Shown here piece by piece: positions 9,786 to 21,673 of a stretch of 64,000 nt of DNA. This DNA comes from Gammaproteobacteria bacterium (GTDB lineage: Bacteria; Pseudomonadota; Gammaproteobacteria; JACCYU01), in the NCBI GenBank assembly GCA_050740315.1, contig JBOIDC010000001.1:62546-126545 (forward strand), given 5' to 3'. Each line of letters opens with the position of its first letter. Position 1 is the stretch's first letter. Position numbers and translations under genes: made by a program. The notes below the pieces were generated by a model. The model was not told the origin of the DNA. It made no database searches and saw nothing but the letters and a program-made list of their open reading frames with translations.

Positions 9786-11915
9786 TTGGGGGTATGGTCA
9801 GGCATGGCAAACAGATCACGCAGCGCGTGGCTCGCACGCGACGTGACGCGCGCGGGAGGATTCAAGCCGCGATCCGTCTGGCGCTATCTCCCGCTAGCCA
9901 TACTCATCACTAGTGGTGGCGCTTTCGGCCAGGAAAGCGATGGCGCGATCGTGCTTAAACCGATCACCGTGACCGGCGAAAAGACCCTGCGATTGTATGA
10001 GGACACGGCCACCAGCGTCAGCGTGCTTGCCGATGAAGATCTCAAGGCGCGTCCCGGTGTCGCGACGCTCGACGAAGCATTGAGCCAGCTGCCGAATGTG
10101 CTTGCCACCGGCACCGGTAACTTCGCGCCCACGATCCGCGGCAGCGACACCACGGGGCCGGCGGAGGGCGTAACGGCCTTCATCGCCGGCACCCGACCCC
10201 GCACCACGGTGCAGCTCGACGGCCGGCCCCTGACTTACAATGAATTCGTCTTTGGTCAGACGGGTCTGTGGGACGTGGAACGCGTGGAAGTCTTCCGCGG
10301 GCCGCAGACGACCCTGCAGGGTCGCAACTCGATAGCCGGCGCGATCGTCATTGACACGAAGGACCCGACCTTCGATTTCGAGGCGGGCGGCCGGGCCATC
10401 CTGGGCAATTACGACACCCGCCAATTCTCCGGTGTAGTCTCCGGCCCGATCGTGGAAGATCAGCTCGCCTTTCGCGTGTCCGCAGACCGGCGCGATCACG
10501 AGTCGTATGTGGATGTCGTAAGGCAGCCCATCGGCGTCGACGACATCGAAGAGGAGGAGTCAACCAATCTGCGGGCGAAACTGCTGTTCCTGCCCAAAGC
10601 GCTGCCGGACTTCAGCGCCAAACTCACATACAACCACGCCGACACGCGGCAACCGCAGGCGGAGGGTGTCAACGAACCGTTCGATGAGAGAAGGCTGACC
10701 AACGACGAGCCTGGCCAGTTCCCGTTGTTTGAAACCGAAGCGAACAGCGGCATCCTCGATCTCAACTATTTTGTCACGCCGGACGTCGAGCTGCGCAACA
10801 CGGCCACCTACTCGGACGTGAAGATCAACCGGCTTACCGATCCGGGCAGCGGCATCGCCGAGATACTGGCCGACGAGTTCTCGAACGAAACCATCCTCGA
10901 ATATGCAGCGCCCGAGCGCGGCCTGCGCGGCATCCTCGGCACTTATTATTTTTACGCCGAAACCGATGAGGAGATCGATATCAGCGGCGGCAACTTCGAT
11001 GATGAAACGCAGACCGCCGCGATCTTCGGGGAGGGCACGATCACTTTCTTCGACAGGCTCGACCTTACCTTGGGGGCCCGCTACGAGCACGAAAAGCGCG
11101 AACGGGTCGGTAGCCTCGGGGATTTCGTCATCGACCTCGATGAGACCTTCGACGCATTTCTGCCCAAGCTGGGTATCGCGTATCGCTTAAGCGAGCGATT
11201 CACCTACGGCGCCACGGTGCAGCGCGGTTTCAACGGTGGCGGCGCCGGCATCGCCTTCGTGCCTCCCTTCCCTTCCTTCACCTTTGACGAAGAATTTGTG
11301 TGGAACTACGAGGCATTCTTCCGCTCACGCTGGCTCAACAATCGCCTCACGGTCAACGGCAACGTCTTTTACGCCGATTTCGAAGACCAACAGCGATCCG
11401 CCTTCTTCGCGCCGGGCGATCCCTTTGCCTCGGTCATCCGCAACGCCGAAGCCACCAAGAGCTATGGCGCAGAGGTCACCACCACCTGGCTGCCGCGAAC
11501 CGACCTGGAAGTGTTCGGCACGCTCGGTCTGCTCGAAACGGAGATCGAGGAATTCACCGCATCGGCCGAGGATCTGACGGGCAACGAGTTCGCGCGCGCA
11601 CCGAACGTCACCACGTCCGTGGGCGCGACCTACACGCACGCAGGCGGCGTTTCTCTCGGCGTCGATGGCCAATACGTCGGCAGTTATTTCTCCGACGACG
11701 AGAACGATCCGGCCGGCCGAGTCGACTCCTTCGTGGTGCTCAATGCCAAGGCGTCCTACGAATTCAACGAGCACTATCGAGCGTTCGCGTTTGTCACCAA
11801 CCTCCTGGACAAAGACTACGAACTGCTGATCAATCCTGCCAGCACGGGTGTTCCCGGCACCGCGCAGCTTGGCGATCCGCGAGAGTTCGGGGTCGGTCTG
11901 GAAGTGGGCTTCTGA
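9786..11915 (+). CDS. TonB-dependent outer-membrane receptor
   Basis: Signal peptide, plug region 'ITVTGEK...VEVFRGPQTTLQGRNSIAGAI', and a beta-barrel ending in a terminal aromatic '...GLEVGF'. Start ambiguous (9786 or 9804). Confidence 0.88.
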   Translation: MGVWSGMANRSRSAWLARDVTRAGGFKPRSVWRYLPLAILITSGGAFGQESDGAIVLKPITVTGEKTLRLYEDTATSVSVLADEDLKARPGVATLDEALSQLPNVLATGTGNFAPTIRGSDTTGPAEGVTAFIAGTRPRTTVQLDGRPLTYNEFVFGQTGLWDVERVEVFRGPQTTLQGRNSIAGAIVIDTKDPTFDFEAGGRAILGNYDTRQFSGVVSGPIVEDQLAFRVSADRRDHESYVDVVRQPIGVDDIEEEESTNLRAKLLFLPKALPDFSAKLTYNHADTRQPQAEGVNEPFDERRLTNDEPGQFPLFETEANSGILDLNYFVTPDVELRNTATYSDVKINRLTDPGSGIAEILADEFSNETILEYAAPERGLRGILGTYYFYAETDEEIDISGGNFDDETQTAAIFGEGTITFFDRLDLTLGARYEHEKRERVGSLGDFVIDLDETFDAFLPKLGIAYRLSERFTYGATVQRGFNGGGAGIAFVPPFPSFTFDEEFVWNYEAFFRSRWLNNRLTVNGNVFYADFEDQQRSAFFAPGDPFASVIRNAEATKSYGAEVTTTWLPRTDLEVFGTLGLLETEIEEFTASAEDLTGNEFARAPNVTTSVGATYTHAGGVSLGVDGQYVGSYFSDDENDPAGRVDSFVVLNAKASYEFNEHYRAFAFVTNLLDKDYELLINPASTGVPGTAQLGDPREFGVGLEVGF

Positions 11916-12029
11916 TCATGGTCGCGCGGTGCCGCACACACTGTGCGGGTACTGGCATGCGGTTCGTCACTTGGGCGTCCGGCAGCGGGTTATGGCAAAC
12001 GCCGGGCCGCAAGCTGGAACCCGCATTCC

Positions 12030-13322
12030 TTAAAGGTCGCCTGCGCGCCGTTGAACCGCGCGATGGCCGATATCCGTGCGGTAATAGGCGCCCTCCCAGC
12101 CGATGTCGCGCACACGCCGATAAGCCATCTCCTGGGCTTCTTTGGCCGTCGCGCCAAGTGCGGTAGCGCACAGCACGCGCCCGCCGCGGGTCACGATGGA
12201 GCCATCGCGTTCCGCCGTGCCGGCGTGGAAGACCTTTACGTCGCCTGCCTCATTGTTGTGCAGACCACGAATTACGTCGCCGGACTTGTAAGCGCCCGGG
12301 TAGCCACCCGCGGCCATGACCACACCCAGCGCCACGCGCGGATCCCATGCGGCCGTCACCGCCGCGAGCCGGCCGTTGAGCGCGGCCAGGCACAGCTCGA
12401 CCAGGTCGCTTCGCAGGCGCATTAGAATCGGCTGCGTTTCCGGATCGCCGAGACGGCAGTTGAATTCCAGCACCTTCGGCGCGCCCGCCGCGTCGATCAT
12501 CAGGCCGGCGTACAAAAAGCCGGTGTACGGATTGCCTTCGGCGGCCATGCCGCGCACGGTCGGCTCGATGATCTCGCGCATGATGCGCCGGTGTATCGCG
12601 GGTGTGACCACCGGCGCCGGCGAATATGCGCCCATGCCGCCGGTGTTGGGGCCGGTGTCACCGTCGTCGCGCGCCTTATGGTCCTGCGAAGTCGCCAGCG
12701 GCAGCACCTGCTCGCCGTCGACCATGCAGATGAAGCTCGCTTCCTCGCCGCGCAAAAACTCTTCTATCACGACTTGCCGGCCTGCGGCGCCGTACCTCTG
12801 GCCACACAGCATGTCCCGGGCCGCGCCGATGGCTTCGGCTTCGCTTTGCGCCAGGATCACGCCCTTGCCCGCCGCGAGCCCGTCGGCCTTGACCACGATA
12901 GGCGCGCCCTGCCGGCGGATGTGGGCGATCGCTTCGTCCACGTCGGTGACCGTGGCGAAGGCCGCGGTGGGAATCCGGTGCCGCGCGAGAAACTCCTTGC
13001 TGAAGCGCTTGGAACCTTCCAGCCGCGCCGCATTTCTGATCGGTCCGAAGATGCGCAGTCCGGCCGCCCTGAAGCGGTCGACGATGCCGGCGACCAGCGG
13101 CGCCTCGGGCCCGACGATGGTCAAGTCAACGCCGTTGGCGCGCGCGAATGCCAGCAAGCCTGAAATGTCCTCGGCGCCGATCGCGATGTTCCGGGTGCTC
13201 GGTTCGCGCGCCGTGCCGGCGTTACCGGGCGCCACGAACACGCGCTGGACGCGCGGTGACTGCGCCACTTTCCAGGCGAGCGCGTGTTCGCGCCCGCCGC
13301 CGCCGACGATCAGAATGTTCAT
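12030..13322 (-). CDS. purD: Phosphoribosylamine-glycine ligase
   Basis: 'MNILIVGGGGREHALAWK' and full-length PurD similarity. The upstream part of ORF 12030..13679 overlaps the next gene and is rejected. Confidence 0.94.
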   Translation of the reverse strand: MNILIVGGGGREHALAWKVAQSPRVQRVFVAPGNAGTAREPSTRNIAIGAEDISGLLAFARANGVDLTIVGPEAPLVAGIVDRFRAAGLRIFGPIRNAARLEGSKRFSKEFLARHRIPTAAFATVTDVDEAIAHIRRQGAPIVVKADGLAAGKGVILAQSEAEAIGAARDMLCGQRYGAAGRQVVIEEFLRGEEASFICMVDGEQVLPLATSQDHKARDDGDTGPNTGGMGAYSPAPVVTPAIHRRIMREIIEPTVRGMAAEGNPYTGFLYAGLMIDAAGAPKVLEFNCRLGDPETQPILMRLRSDLVELCLAALNGRLAAVTAAWDPRVALGVVMAAGGYPGAYKSGDVIRGLHNNEAGDVKVFHAGTAERDGSIVTRGGRVLCATALGATAKEAQEMAYRRVRDIGWEGAYYRTDIGHRAVQRRAGDL

Positions 13323-13408
13323 CATTGCGTCGCCGGCACGCTGCCGATGTCGCGGATCGCGGTGTCCGTTCATGCAGAATGCGTTGTGCGTCTTCGTTGA
13401 TTCACGGT

Positions 13409-14293
13409 CTATCCATACGCCTGCAGCGCCCAGGCCAGCGCCAGGGGCAGGGTCACCACCGTCGCCAGATGGCTGAGCACGACGATGGACGCGACCTTGG
13501 CCGGTTCCTGGCTGTAACGCTCGGCGAACAGAAAATTCAGCACCGCCGGCGGCAGGGCGCCGAACAGGAACAATACCCCCGCCTGCGTCTTCGGCAAATC
13601 CAGAAATGAAAGCATCAGCGTGGCGATGAGCAGACCGCTGGCCGGCGCGAACACCGCGCCCAAAAGCCCGATCCGCCACTCGCCGAAGTCGCCGTCGGTA
13701 AGCCGCACGCCCAGCGCGAATAACATCAGCGGCACGGCGATCTGGCCCATCATGCCGATCGGTAACGCGATTGCTTCAGGCACCGAGATGCCGCTCAGAC
13801 TGACGCCCAGGGCGACGAAGGCCGTAATGATCACCGGCTGCCGGAACACGCTCAAGATTCTGGCATGCTGGTCGAGAATATACGTGCCCAGCCCGAAGTG
13901 CGCCAGATTACCGAGCAGAAACAGGATCAGCGCAGCCGGCAGTCCGGCGTCACCGAACGCCAGCACCAGCAGCGGCAGACCCATGTTGCCGGCGTTGCGA
14001 AACATCATGGGCGGGATGAAGGTCTTGAACTGAATCGATGTAAACCGTGTCAGTGGCCACGCGAGCAGGCCGGAGCCCAGAATCACCGCCGTACCGCCCA
14101 GCGCCAGCTGCGCGTGCGCCAGATTGAAAGACTGCGTGGACAGCGCGGAGAACACCAGCGCCGGCACGAACACGTCCAGGTTGATGCGGTTGGCAACCTC
14201 CATCGCCGGTCTTCGGTAATGGCCGTACGTCACCCCCACCGCCACGATCGCGAAGATGGGCAGGATGATTTCGAGGATGCGGGCAATGAGCAT
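13409..14293 (-). CDS. AEC (auxin efflux carrier) family permease
   Basis: 294 aa, about 10 hydrophobic segments, and 'MLIARILEIILPIFAIVAVG' N-terminus typical of the AEC family. Confidence 0.75.
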   Translation of the reverse strand: MLIARILEIILPIFAIVAVGVTYGHYRRPAMEVANRINLDVFVPALVFSALSTQSFNLAHAQLALGGTAVILGSGLLAWPLTRFTSIQFKTFIPPMMFRNAGNMGLPLLVLAFGDAGLPAALILFLLGNLAHFGLGTYILDQHARILSVFRQPVIITAFVALGVSLSGISVPEAIALPIGMMGQIAVPLMLFALGVRLTDGDFGEWRIGLLGAVFAPASGLLIATLMLSFLDLPKTQAGVLFLFGALPPAVLNFLFAERYSQEPAKVASIVVLSHLATVVTLPLALAWALQAYG

Positions 14294-14423
14294 GTTACGG
14301 GCGGCGCGCGGGTGTCACGCCCGCAGGAAAGTGGCAGTCCGCGCGCAAGGACGCACAAGCGCAAGGCTCACGTAAGCATAAGCCCGGCGCGCTTGGCGCG
14401 AGGTAGGCTTGCCGGTGAGCAGG

Positions 14424-15992
14424 CTAATGCCTGAAGTGCCGCACGCCCGTGAACACCATGGCCATGCCGTGTTCGTCCGCGGCGGCGATGACCTCCTGAT
14501 CGCGCTGCGACCCGCCGGGCTGGATGACGGCAGCGATACCGGCTTCGAACGCCGCGTCGATGCCGTCGCGAAATGGAAAAAACGCATCGGAAGCCATCAC
14601 TGCGCCGGCCAGCGGCAGGCCCTCGTCGGCCGCCTTGATGGCCGCGAGGCGCGCGGAATAGACGCGGCTCATCTGCCCGGCGCCTATGCCTAAGGTTTGT
14701 TCCTCGCGCGCGTACACGATCGCATTGGACTTGACGAACTTCGCCACCCGCCATGCGAACAGCAGATCGTCCCGTTCCCGCCGGCTGGGCGCGCGCCGGG
14801 TGACCACCTCGAGGTCGGCCGCGCTGATCGCGCAGTTGTCGGCGGTCTGCATCAGCAGTCCGGAGCCGACCCGCTTGAGGTCGTGTGTGTTGTGGCCATC
14901 GCCCGGCGGAATCTCCAGCACGCGCACGTTGGCCTTGCGCCGCGCGATCTCAAGCGCGCCGGCCTCGAAGCCCGGCGCCAGTAACACTTCCACGAACTGC
15001 CGGTCGAGGACTGTCTCCGCGGTGCCGCGATCGAGCGCGCGGTTCAACGCGATAATGCCGCCGAACGCGGACGTCGGGTCGGTGCGATAGGCACGTTCGT
15101 AAGCCGCGCAGATATCGGCAGCCGTCGCGGCGCCACACGGGTTGGCGTGCTTGACGATCACGCAGGCCGGCGGCTCGAACTGGCGCGCGCACTCCCAGGC
15201 GGCATCGGCGTCGGCGATGTTGTTGTAGGAGAGCGCCTTGCCCTGTAATTGCCTGAAGGTCGCGAGCGTGCCGGCGGCGGGGTGGAGATCGCGGTAAAAC
15301 GCCGCCTGTTGATGCGGATTCTCGCCGTAGCGCAAATCCATGATTTTTACAAAGCGGCTATTCGCCTGCGCGGGGAACGGCTGGCGCGCGCCGTCGCTGC
15401 CCAGCGCGGACAGGTAATCGCTGATTGCGCCGTCGTAATTCGAAACGTGATTGAAGGCCTCCACGGCAAAGCGGAAGCGCGTCGTGTCCGAGATTGCGCC
15501 GTCTGTTTGCAGTTCCGAGAGCGCCTGCCCGTATTGCGCCGGGTGGGTGAGCACCGCGACGTGCGCGTAGTTTTTGGCCGCCGCGCGCAGCATCGCCGGG
15601 CCGCCTATGTCGATGTTCTCTATCGCTTCGGCCAGAGTGTGCGCTTCACGCGCCACGGTCTGCTCGAAAGGATAAAGATTCACCACCACCAGATCGATGG
15701 GCGGGATGTCCATTTTTGCCATCACGGCGTCATCCATACCTCGCCGGCCGAGAATGCCGCCGTGAATTCTTGGATGCAGGGTCTTGACCCGCCCGTCCAT
15801 GATTTCCGCAAACCCCGTATAGTCCGAGACTTCGATGACCGGAATGCCTTTTTCGGCCAACAGGCGCGCGGTGCCGCCGGTGGACAGGATCTCGATCCGC
15901 AGTTCATGCAGGCGCCGCGCGAGATCCACAATGCCATGCTTGTCGGAGACGCTGATCAGCGCGCGGGCAGGGCGGACGGGTACCGGGTTCAT
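14424..15992 (-). CDS. purH: Bifunctional AICAR transformylase / IMP cyclohydrolase
   Basis: '[16 protein letters not shown]', 'VVVNLYPF' and C-terminal '...TGVRHFRH'. Confidence 0.96.
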   Translation of the reverse strand: MNPVPVRPARALISVSDKHGIVDLARRLHELRIEILSTGGTARLLAEKGIPVIEVSDYTGFAEIMDGRVKTLHPRIHGGILGRRGMDDAVMAKMDIPPIDLVVVNLYPFEQTVAREAHTLAEAIENIDIGGPAMLRAAAKNYAHVAVLTHPAQYGQALSELQTDGAISDTTRFRFAVEAFNHVSNYDGAISDYLSALGSDGARQPFPAQANSRFVKIMDLRYGENPHQQAAFYRDLHPAAGTLATFRQLQGKALSYNNIADADAAWECARQFEPPACVIVKHANPCGAATAADICAAYERAYRTDPTSAFGGIIALNRALDRGTAETVLDRQFVEVLLAPGFEAGALEIARRKANVRVLEIPPGDGHNTHDLKRVGSGLLMQTADNCAISAADLEVVTRRAPSRRERDDLLFAWRVAKFVKSNAIVYAREEQTLGIGAGQMSRVYSARLAAIKAADEGLPLAGAVMASDAFFPFRDGIDAAFEAGIAAVIQPGGSQRDQEVIAAADEHGMAMVFTGVRHFRH

Positions 15993-16097
15993 GAATGATT
16001 GCTGAACATCTTGAACATCTTGCGATAGATGACGAGCCGCCCGCGGCGCATCGCGGGAAGATTAACGTGCCGCAAATGGCTCGCGGCAGTTTACCGC

Positions 16098-16376
16098 TTA
16101 CTCGAGCCCATAATGCTTGAGTTTCTTGCGCAAGGTGCCGCGATTGAGGCCCAGACACTGCGCCGCCCGGGTCTGGTTGCCGTCGCAATGATTCATCAGG
16201 GTTTCGAGCAGCGGCCGCTCGACCTCCTCGATGACCAGGCGATAAAGTCCATCCGGTTGATGGCCGTTGAGCTGATCGAAATAGAGTGACATGGCAATTT
16301 TTACGGCCGTGCATAACGGCTGTTTGCGTCGCTCTTGGTTGGGCAATACCGATGCCGACTGCTGGATCATTCCCAT
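16098..16376 (-). CDS. fis: DNA-binding protein Fis
   Basis: C-terminal HTH 'GNQTRAAQCLGLNRGTLRKKLKHYGL'. GGAGAA lies 9 nt upstream of the ATG at 16376. Confidence 0.9.
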   Translation of the reverse strand: MGMIQQSASVLPNQERRKQPLCTAVKIAMSLYFDQLNGHQPDGLYRLVIEEVERPLLETLMNHCDGNQTRAAQCLGLNRGTLRKKLKHYGLE

Positions 16377-16722
16377 ACCTTTATATTCTCCGGCCAGCCT
16401 GCAGGCGAAAGCACTTGGCGGCCCCGGCGCCCGCTCAAGTGCGGGCACTCGAAACGAACTCAACCGTTAAGTAAAACGGCATACCGGCGCGCCCGGCTTG
16501 CCCGTGGCGGCTCTTTTCAGTTTTTGTCGATGTAAGTGCGAGGTGACTTACGAGCGAGTTATCATGGCACTCGCGCCGGATGCTGCCAAGCCCCTTTGAA
16601 CATTTTTTTTGCAGCAGGAAAAACCCTTTGTAATCGATAATCGCAATTGACCTGCCGACGCGGTTAATGCCGGTGAAGATCATCGGCCAACAGGTATGTG
16701 GGCACGCCTTAAAAAATAAGTC

Positions 16723-17553
16723 TTAGTAAAATGAAAACTCGAAGGCGACCGCGTTCACACCCGGATCGGGAACCTCCACGCGGATATCGATGCGCTCGTC
16801 TGGCGTCATCAGCGCGTCGGGCCTGATGTCCGGCGGCAGATAGTCCGCGGGCTCGAAGCGGTTCACGGCCACCACGGTACCCTGCAGATTGGTAAGCGCG
16901 ACCCGCATGCGCGGATAAGGTTGCGCGCGCGGCGCCTTGTTGACCAGGGTCGCGGTCACCCGCAAGGTGTCGCGGCGCGCGGGACTCGAGGTCACCTCGC
17001 GGTCCACGATTTTGATCTGATCGGGCGCCCGGCGCGACGGCACTTCGCAGCCGATGTACCGACATGCGCGCGCCATCCAGTCCGTCACCAGCGGTGATGC
17101 CGCCAGGCGTTCGCGCTCGTGATAGGCGTAGCCGGCGAGCAGCAACAGGGAAACGATCACGCCGATCATTGTGTAACGTCTCGCGCGCCGCTTGCCGTAC
17201 GCGCGCGAGCCCGGGAAAAACGACGCGGGAACCGCCGGAGGTTCGCCGGACGCCATATCCGCTGACCGGTCCGGCGGCGCGCGCGTGGTCGCTTTGGGAT
17301 CCAGTTGCGCGGGCGGCGTGTCGCGTGGCGCGACGACGCTGCGCCGGTGGCCGCCATCGGCCGCGGCGTCCTGGCGGGCTCGGACGGGCTGCGCGGGTGT
17401 GACGGTGACAACCGGCGGCTTCGTATATTTGATGTTTTCATTGCCGTCGAATACGGTGTTGCACCGACCGCACCGCACGCGCCCGCCCGCGGTCGACAGC
17501 TGCTGATGCGTGACCCGGAACACCGACTTGCAGGCGGGACACTGCGTGCGCAT
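16723..17553 (-). CDS. Zinc-ribbon (MJ0042-type) / DUF3426 membrane protein
   Basis: 'MRTQCPACKSVFRV...RCGRCNTVF' double CxxC, a Pro-rich linker, one TM ('IGVIVSLLLLAGYAY') and a C-terminal beta-rich domain. The start lies 5 nt after the prmA stop. Confidence 0.8.
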   Translation of the reverse strand: MRTQCPACKSVFRVTHQQLSTAGGRVRCGRCNTVFDGNENIKYTKPPVVTVTPAQPVRARQDAAADGGHRRSVVAPRDTPPAQLDPKATTRAPPDRSADMASGEPPAVPASFFPGSRAYGKRRARRYTMIGVIVSLLLLAGYAYHERERLAASPLVTDWMARACRYIGCEVPSRRAPDQIKIVDREVTSSPARRDTLRVTATLVNKAPRAQPYPRMRVALTNLQGTVVAVNRFEPADYLPPDIRPDALMTPDERIDIRVEVPDPGVNAVAFEFSFY

Positions 17554-17558
17554 CCTGC

Positions 17559-18467
17559 TTAACTCCCGTGCGGACGCCTGACACCCGCCAGCAGACCCCA
17601 GCCGTTCTTCTCGCGGGCCGGGACGAAGGTGAACCAGGGTAAATAAACGGCGGTCACGGCGTCGAGCTGCTCGGGCAGCAGCCCCGACAACACGATGCGC
17701 CCGCCCGGTTTGAGCCGCGTCGCGAAAGTTTGCGCCAGGTCCGCCAGCGGGCGCGCCACGATGTTGGCGACCAGCAGGTCGGCCGGCTTCGATGGCAGCG
17801 CGGCTGGTGGAAACGTCAGGAGCGCTTGTGCGGAAATGCCATTGCGCGCCGCGTTGTCGCGTGTGGCAAGCAGCGCCTGCGGATCGATATCCACTGCGTA
17901 AACGCGCCGCGCCCCGAGTTTTATCGCCGCCAGCGCGAGAATGCCCGAGCCGCAGCCATAGTCGATCATGTCGCGCCCGTGCGGCGGATTCGCGTCCAGC
18001 CATTCAAGACACAACGCCGTGGTCGGATGATCGCCGGTGCCGAACGCCAGCCCGGGGTCGAGAAAAATATCGATCGTCGAGCGCGCCGGTTGGTCGTCGC
18101 CTTCAGGGCCATCGCTTTGCGAGCCGTCGCCGCGACGGATTCTCAGCCGACGCCCGAACCGCAGGCTGGTGCACTCGTGTTTCCAGACTTGCGACCAGTC
18201 CTGCTCGGCCAGCGTGGCTATTTCCAGTTCGGGCTCGCCGCCCAGCACCGTACTCAAAATCCGTCGCAATGATTCGGCGTCGGCGTCGACGCGAAACAAG
18301 CCGGTGACGATCACGCTGGGCCACACGGGCGTCGCGCCCGGCAGTGGTTCCAGCAGCGGATCGTCGGCGGCGTCGCGCAAGGTAACAGATGCGGCGCCGT
18401 GAGCCAGCAGCGCCTGCTCGACCGGGTCCAGGTGCGCGCGGTCGGTGGTGACGGAGATCTGGATCAT
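17559..18467 (-). CDS. prmA: Ribosomal protein L11 methyltransferase
   Basis: 'FGTGDHPTT', 'DYGCGSGILA' and 302 aa length. Follows accC as in other gammaproteobacteria. Confidence 0.93.
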   Translation of the reverse strand: MIQISVTTDRAHLDPVEQALLAHGAASVTLRDAADDPLLEPLPGATPVWPSVIVTGLFRVDADAESLRRILSTVLGGEPELEIATLAEQDWSQVWKHECTSLRFGRRLRIRRGDGSQSDGPEGDDQPARSTIDIFLDPGLAFGTGDHPTTALCLEWLDANPPHGRDMIDYGCGSGILALAAIKLGARRVYAVDIDPQALLATRDNAARNGISAQALLTFPPAALPSKPADLLVANIVARPLADLAQTFATRLKPGGRIVLSGLLPEQLDAVTAVYLPWFTFVPAREKNGWGLLAGVRRPHGS

Positions 18468-18550
18468 GCGGGTGCAAGCGGTGGCCGGGTATGGTGAATG
18501 TAGCAGCCCCGAGTCACGTTGCGAAGCTTATCGCACCCGCCGCACCTAAG

Positions 18551-19891
<1,341 letters not shown>

Positions 19892-19942
19892 GTAACGTGA
19901 GTCTGAAGGGCGGAATGTGAGCGGACATCGGTGGGAGACGCC

Positions 19943-20407
19943 CTAGTCGATGACAAATAAAACCTGGCCAAATTCCACCGGCTGCCCGTTTTCCGCCAGC
20001 ACGGCGGTGATCGCGCCGGCCTTGTCCGCCTCGATCTGATTCAGCATCTTCATCGCTTCGATGATGCACAGCGTGTCGCCCACCTCGACCTGCTGGCCGA
20101 TATCGACAAACGGTTTGGCGCCCGGCGAGGGCGCGCGATAAAACGTGCCGACCATGGGCGAAGTCACCTGATGCCCGGTGATTGTCGGCTCGATCGCCTC
20201 GGCCTGCGCGGGCGCCGCTGCGGCGCGCGCTGGTGCGTCGCCCTGTGGATAAGCCGGCGCGCCCCCCGAAATGACGATCGGCGTACCGGCGGCCGATGGC
20301 CGTTCGCGGCTGATGCGCAGCGACTCTTCGCCTTCCTTGATCTCGATTTCGGCGACACCCGATTCGTTGAGCAGTTCGATCAGCTTTCTGATTTTTCGGA
20401 TATCCAT
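19943..20407 (-). CDS. accB: Acetyl-CoA carboxylase, biotin carboxyl carrier protein
   Basis: Biotinylation motif 'IIEAMKMLN' and an Ala/Pro linker. Confidence 0.96.
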   Translation of the reverse strand: MDIRKIRKLIELLNESGVAEIEIKEGEESLRISRERPSAAGTPIVISGGAPAYPQGDAPARAAAAPAQAEAIEPTITGHQVTSPMVGTFYRAPSPGAKPFVDIGQQVEVGDTLCIIEAMKMLNQIEADKAGAITAVLAENGQPVEFGQVLFVID

Positions 20408-20468
20408 GATGTTCCTGTGTCAGACGTGGTCAGGGTGCATGGTGGATGGCGTCGTCCGCTAGCTCGGT

Positions 20469-20909
20469 TCAAGGGTTCAATGCGTCGATGACCGCCGCCA
20501 GCGCCAGTTCATATCCCTTGGCGCCAAGGCCGGCGATCACGCCCACGGCGATATCGGACAGATAGGAGTGGCGGCGGAAGGCTTCCCGCGCGTGGATGTT
20601 GGTGATGTGTAACTCGATGAACGGTACTTCCGCGGCCAGCAGTGCATCGCGCAATGCGATGCTGGTGTGGGTGAAAGCGCCGGGATTGAAGATGATAAAG
20701 GCCGTGCCATCCCCTCGCGCCGCGTGAATGCGCGCGATCAGTTCGTGTTCCGCGTTGCTTTGCAGCGCCGTCAGCGAATGCCCACTGGACTGCGCCTGGC
20801 GGTTTAAGGTGGCGCAGATCGTTTCCAGTGTGGCCGTACCGTAACGCTCAGGTTCGCGGGTGCCCAGCAAGTTAAGGTTCGGGCCGTTGAGCAGCAGTAT
20901 CTTCGCCAT
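20469..20909 (-). CDS. aroQ: Type II 3-dehydroquinate dehydratase
   Basis: '[24 protein letters not shown]'. The longer ORF start at 20990 is rejected. Confidence 0.94.
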   Translation of the reverse strand: MAKILLLNGPNLNLLGTREPERYGTATLETICATLNRQAQSSGHSLTALQSNAEHELIARIHAARGDGTAFIIFNPGAFTHTSIALRDALLAAEVPFIELHITNIHAREAFRRHSYLSDIAVGVIAGLGAKGYELALAAVIDALNP

Positions 20910-21115
20910 CGTGTCGAAAGGTCGCGAGCCGCGGGGAGGGCCGTTAGAGTTATAACATCCACGGGGATTGTGCACGAGGCTCTTGGACATGTCCAGATTG
21001 CCGCCGTTGGACGCAATTTCGCGTCAAAGTGCGCGAAGGATCAGGGGTAATGCGACGACGGCGATGCCGGACGGCGCGAGCCTTACGCGTGCTCGAAAGC
21101 GCGGCGAGCGGTCGC

Positions 21116-21673
21116 TCAGAGCAGTTTCAGCAGCTCGTCGGTGAGTTCCTGCTTGCTCAATTGCCCCGCCTTGATGAAGCGGATCACACCATCCCGGTCG
21201 ATCAGCACGCTGTGCGGTAGCGCGCCGTAGGCGTTGCCGTAACGATCCGCGACCGCCATGGCGTTCTCGCGACCGACGAGCTGCGGGTAATCCACGTCCA
21301 CGGCCTCGATGAAGCGGGCGACCGCCCGCGGCCGGTCGATGGCCACGCCGACCACCTGGAACCCGCGTCCACCGAACTCCCCTTGTACATCCGCGAGATC
21401 GGGCATCTCTTCGCGGCAGGGCGGGCACCAGGTCGCCCAGAAATTCAGCAATATCACCTGGCCATCCCATGCGCTGATCGATACCGGCTGGCCGGTAAGA
21501 TCGGGCAGGGTGAACGCCGGCCGCGGCGCGCCCAGCAGGTCTTGCGGCGCGGTCACCGCGACTTCCGGCGCCGGTGACGGTTGTGGCGGCTGCGACATCT
21601 GATAGATGGAAAAACCCGCCACCGCAGCGACCACGCCCACCAGCAGATACGGCGCGTAGCCGCCCGCGTTCAT
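21116..21673 (-). CDS. TlpA-like periplasmic thiol:disulfide oxidoreductase (thioredoxin fold)
   Basis: N-terminal TM and 'NFWATWCPPCREEMP'. Its ATG at 21673 overlaps the dsbD TGA (ATGA overlap), implying translational coupling. Confidence 0.85.
   Translation of the reverse strand: MNAGGYAPYLLVGVVAAVAGFSIYQMSQPPQPSPAPEVAVTAPQDLLGAPRPAFTLPDLTGQPVSISAWDGQVILLNFWATWCPPCREEMPDLADVQGEFGGRGFQVVGVAIDRPRAVARFIEAVDVDYPQLVGRENAMAVADRYGNAYGALPHSVLIDRDGVIRFIKAGQLSKQELTDELLKLL

Noticed and set aside
16723-18003. The N-terminal ~150 aa of ORF 16723..18003 overlapping prmA. Comparable 5' extensions occur on ORFs 12030..13679, 21116..22693, 36556..38448 and 20469..20990.
   Set aside because: The recognisable protein starts at an internal Met (or follows a frameshift junction). 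The extension overlaps a confidently called neighbouring gene in another frame.
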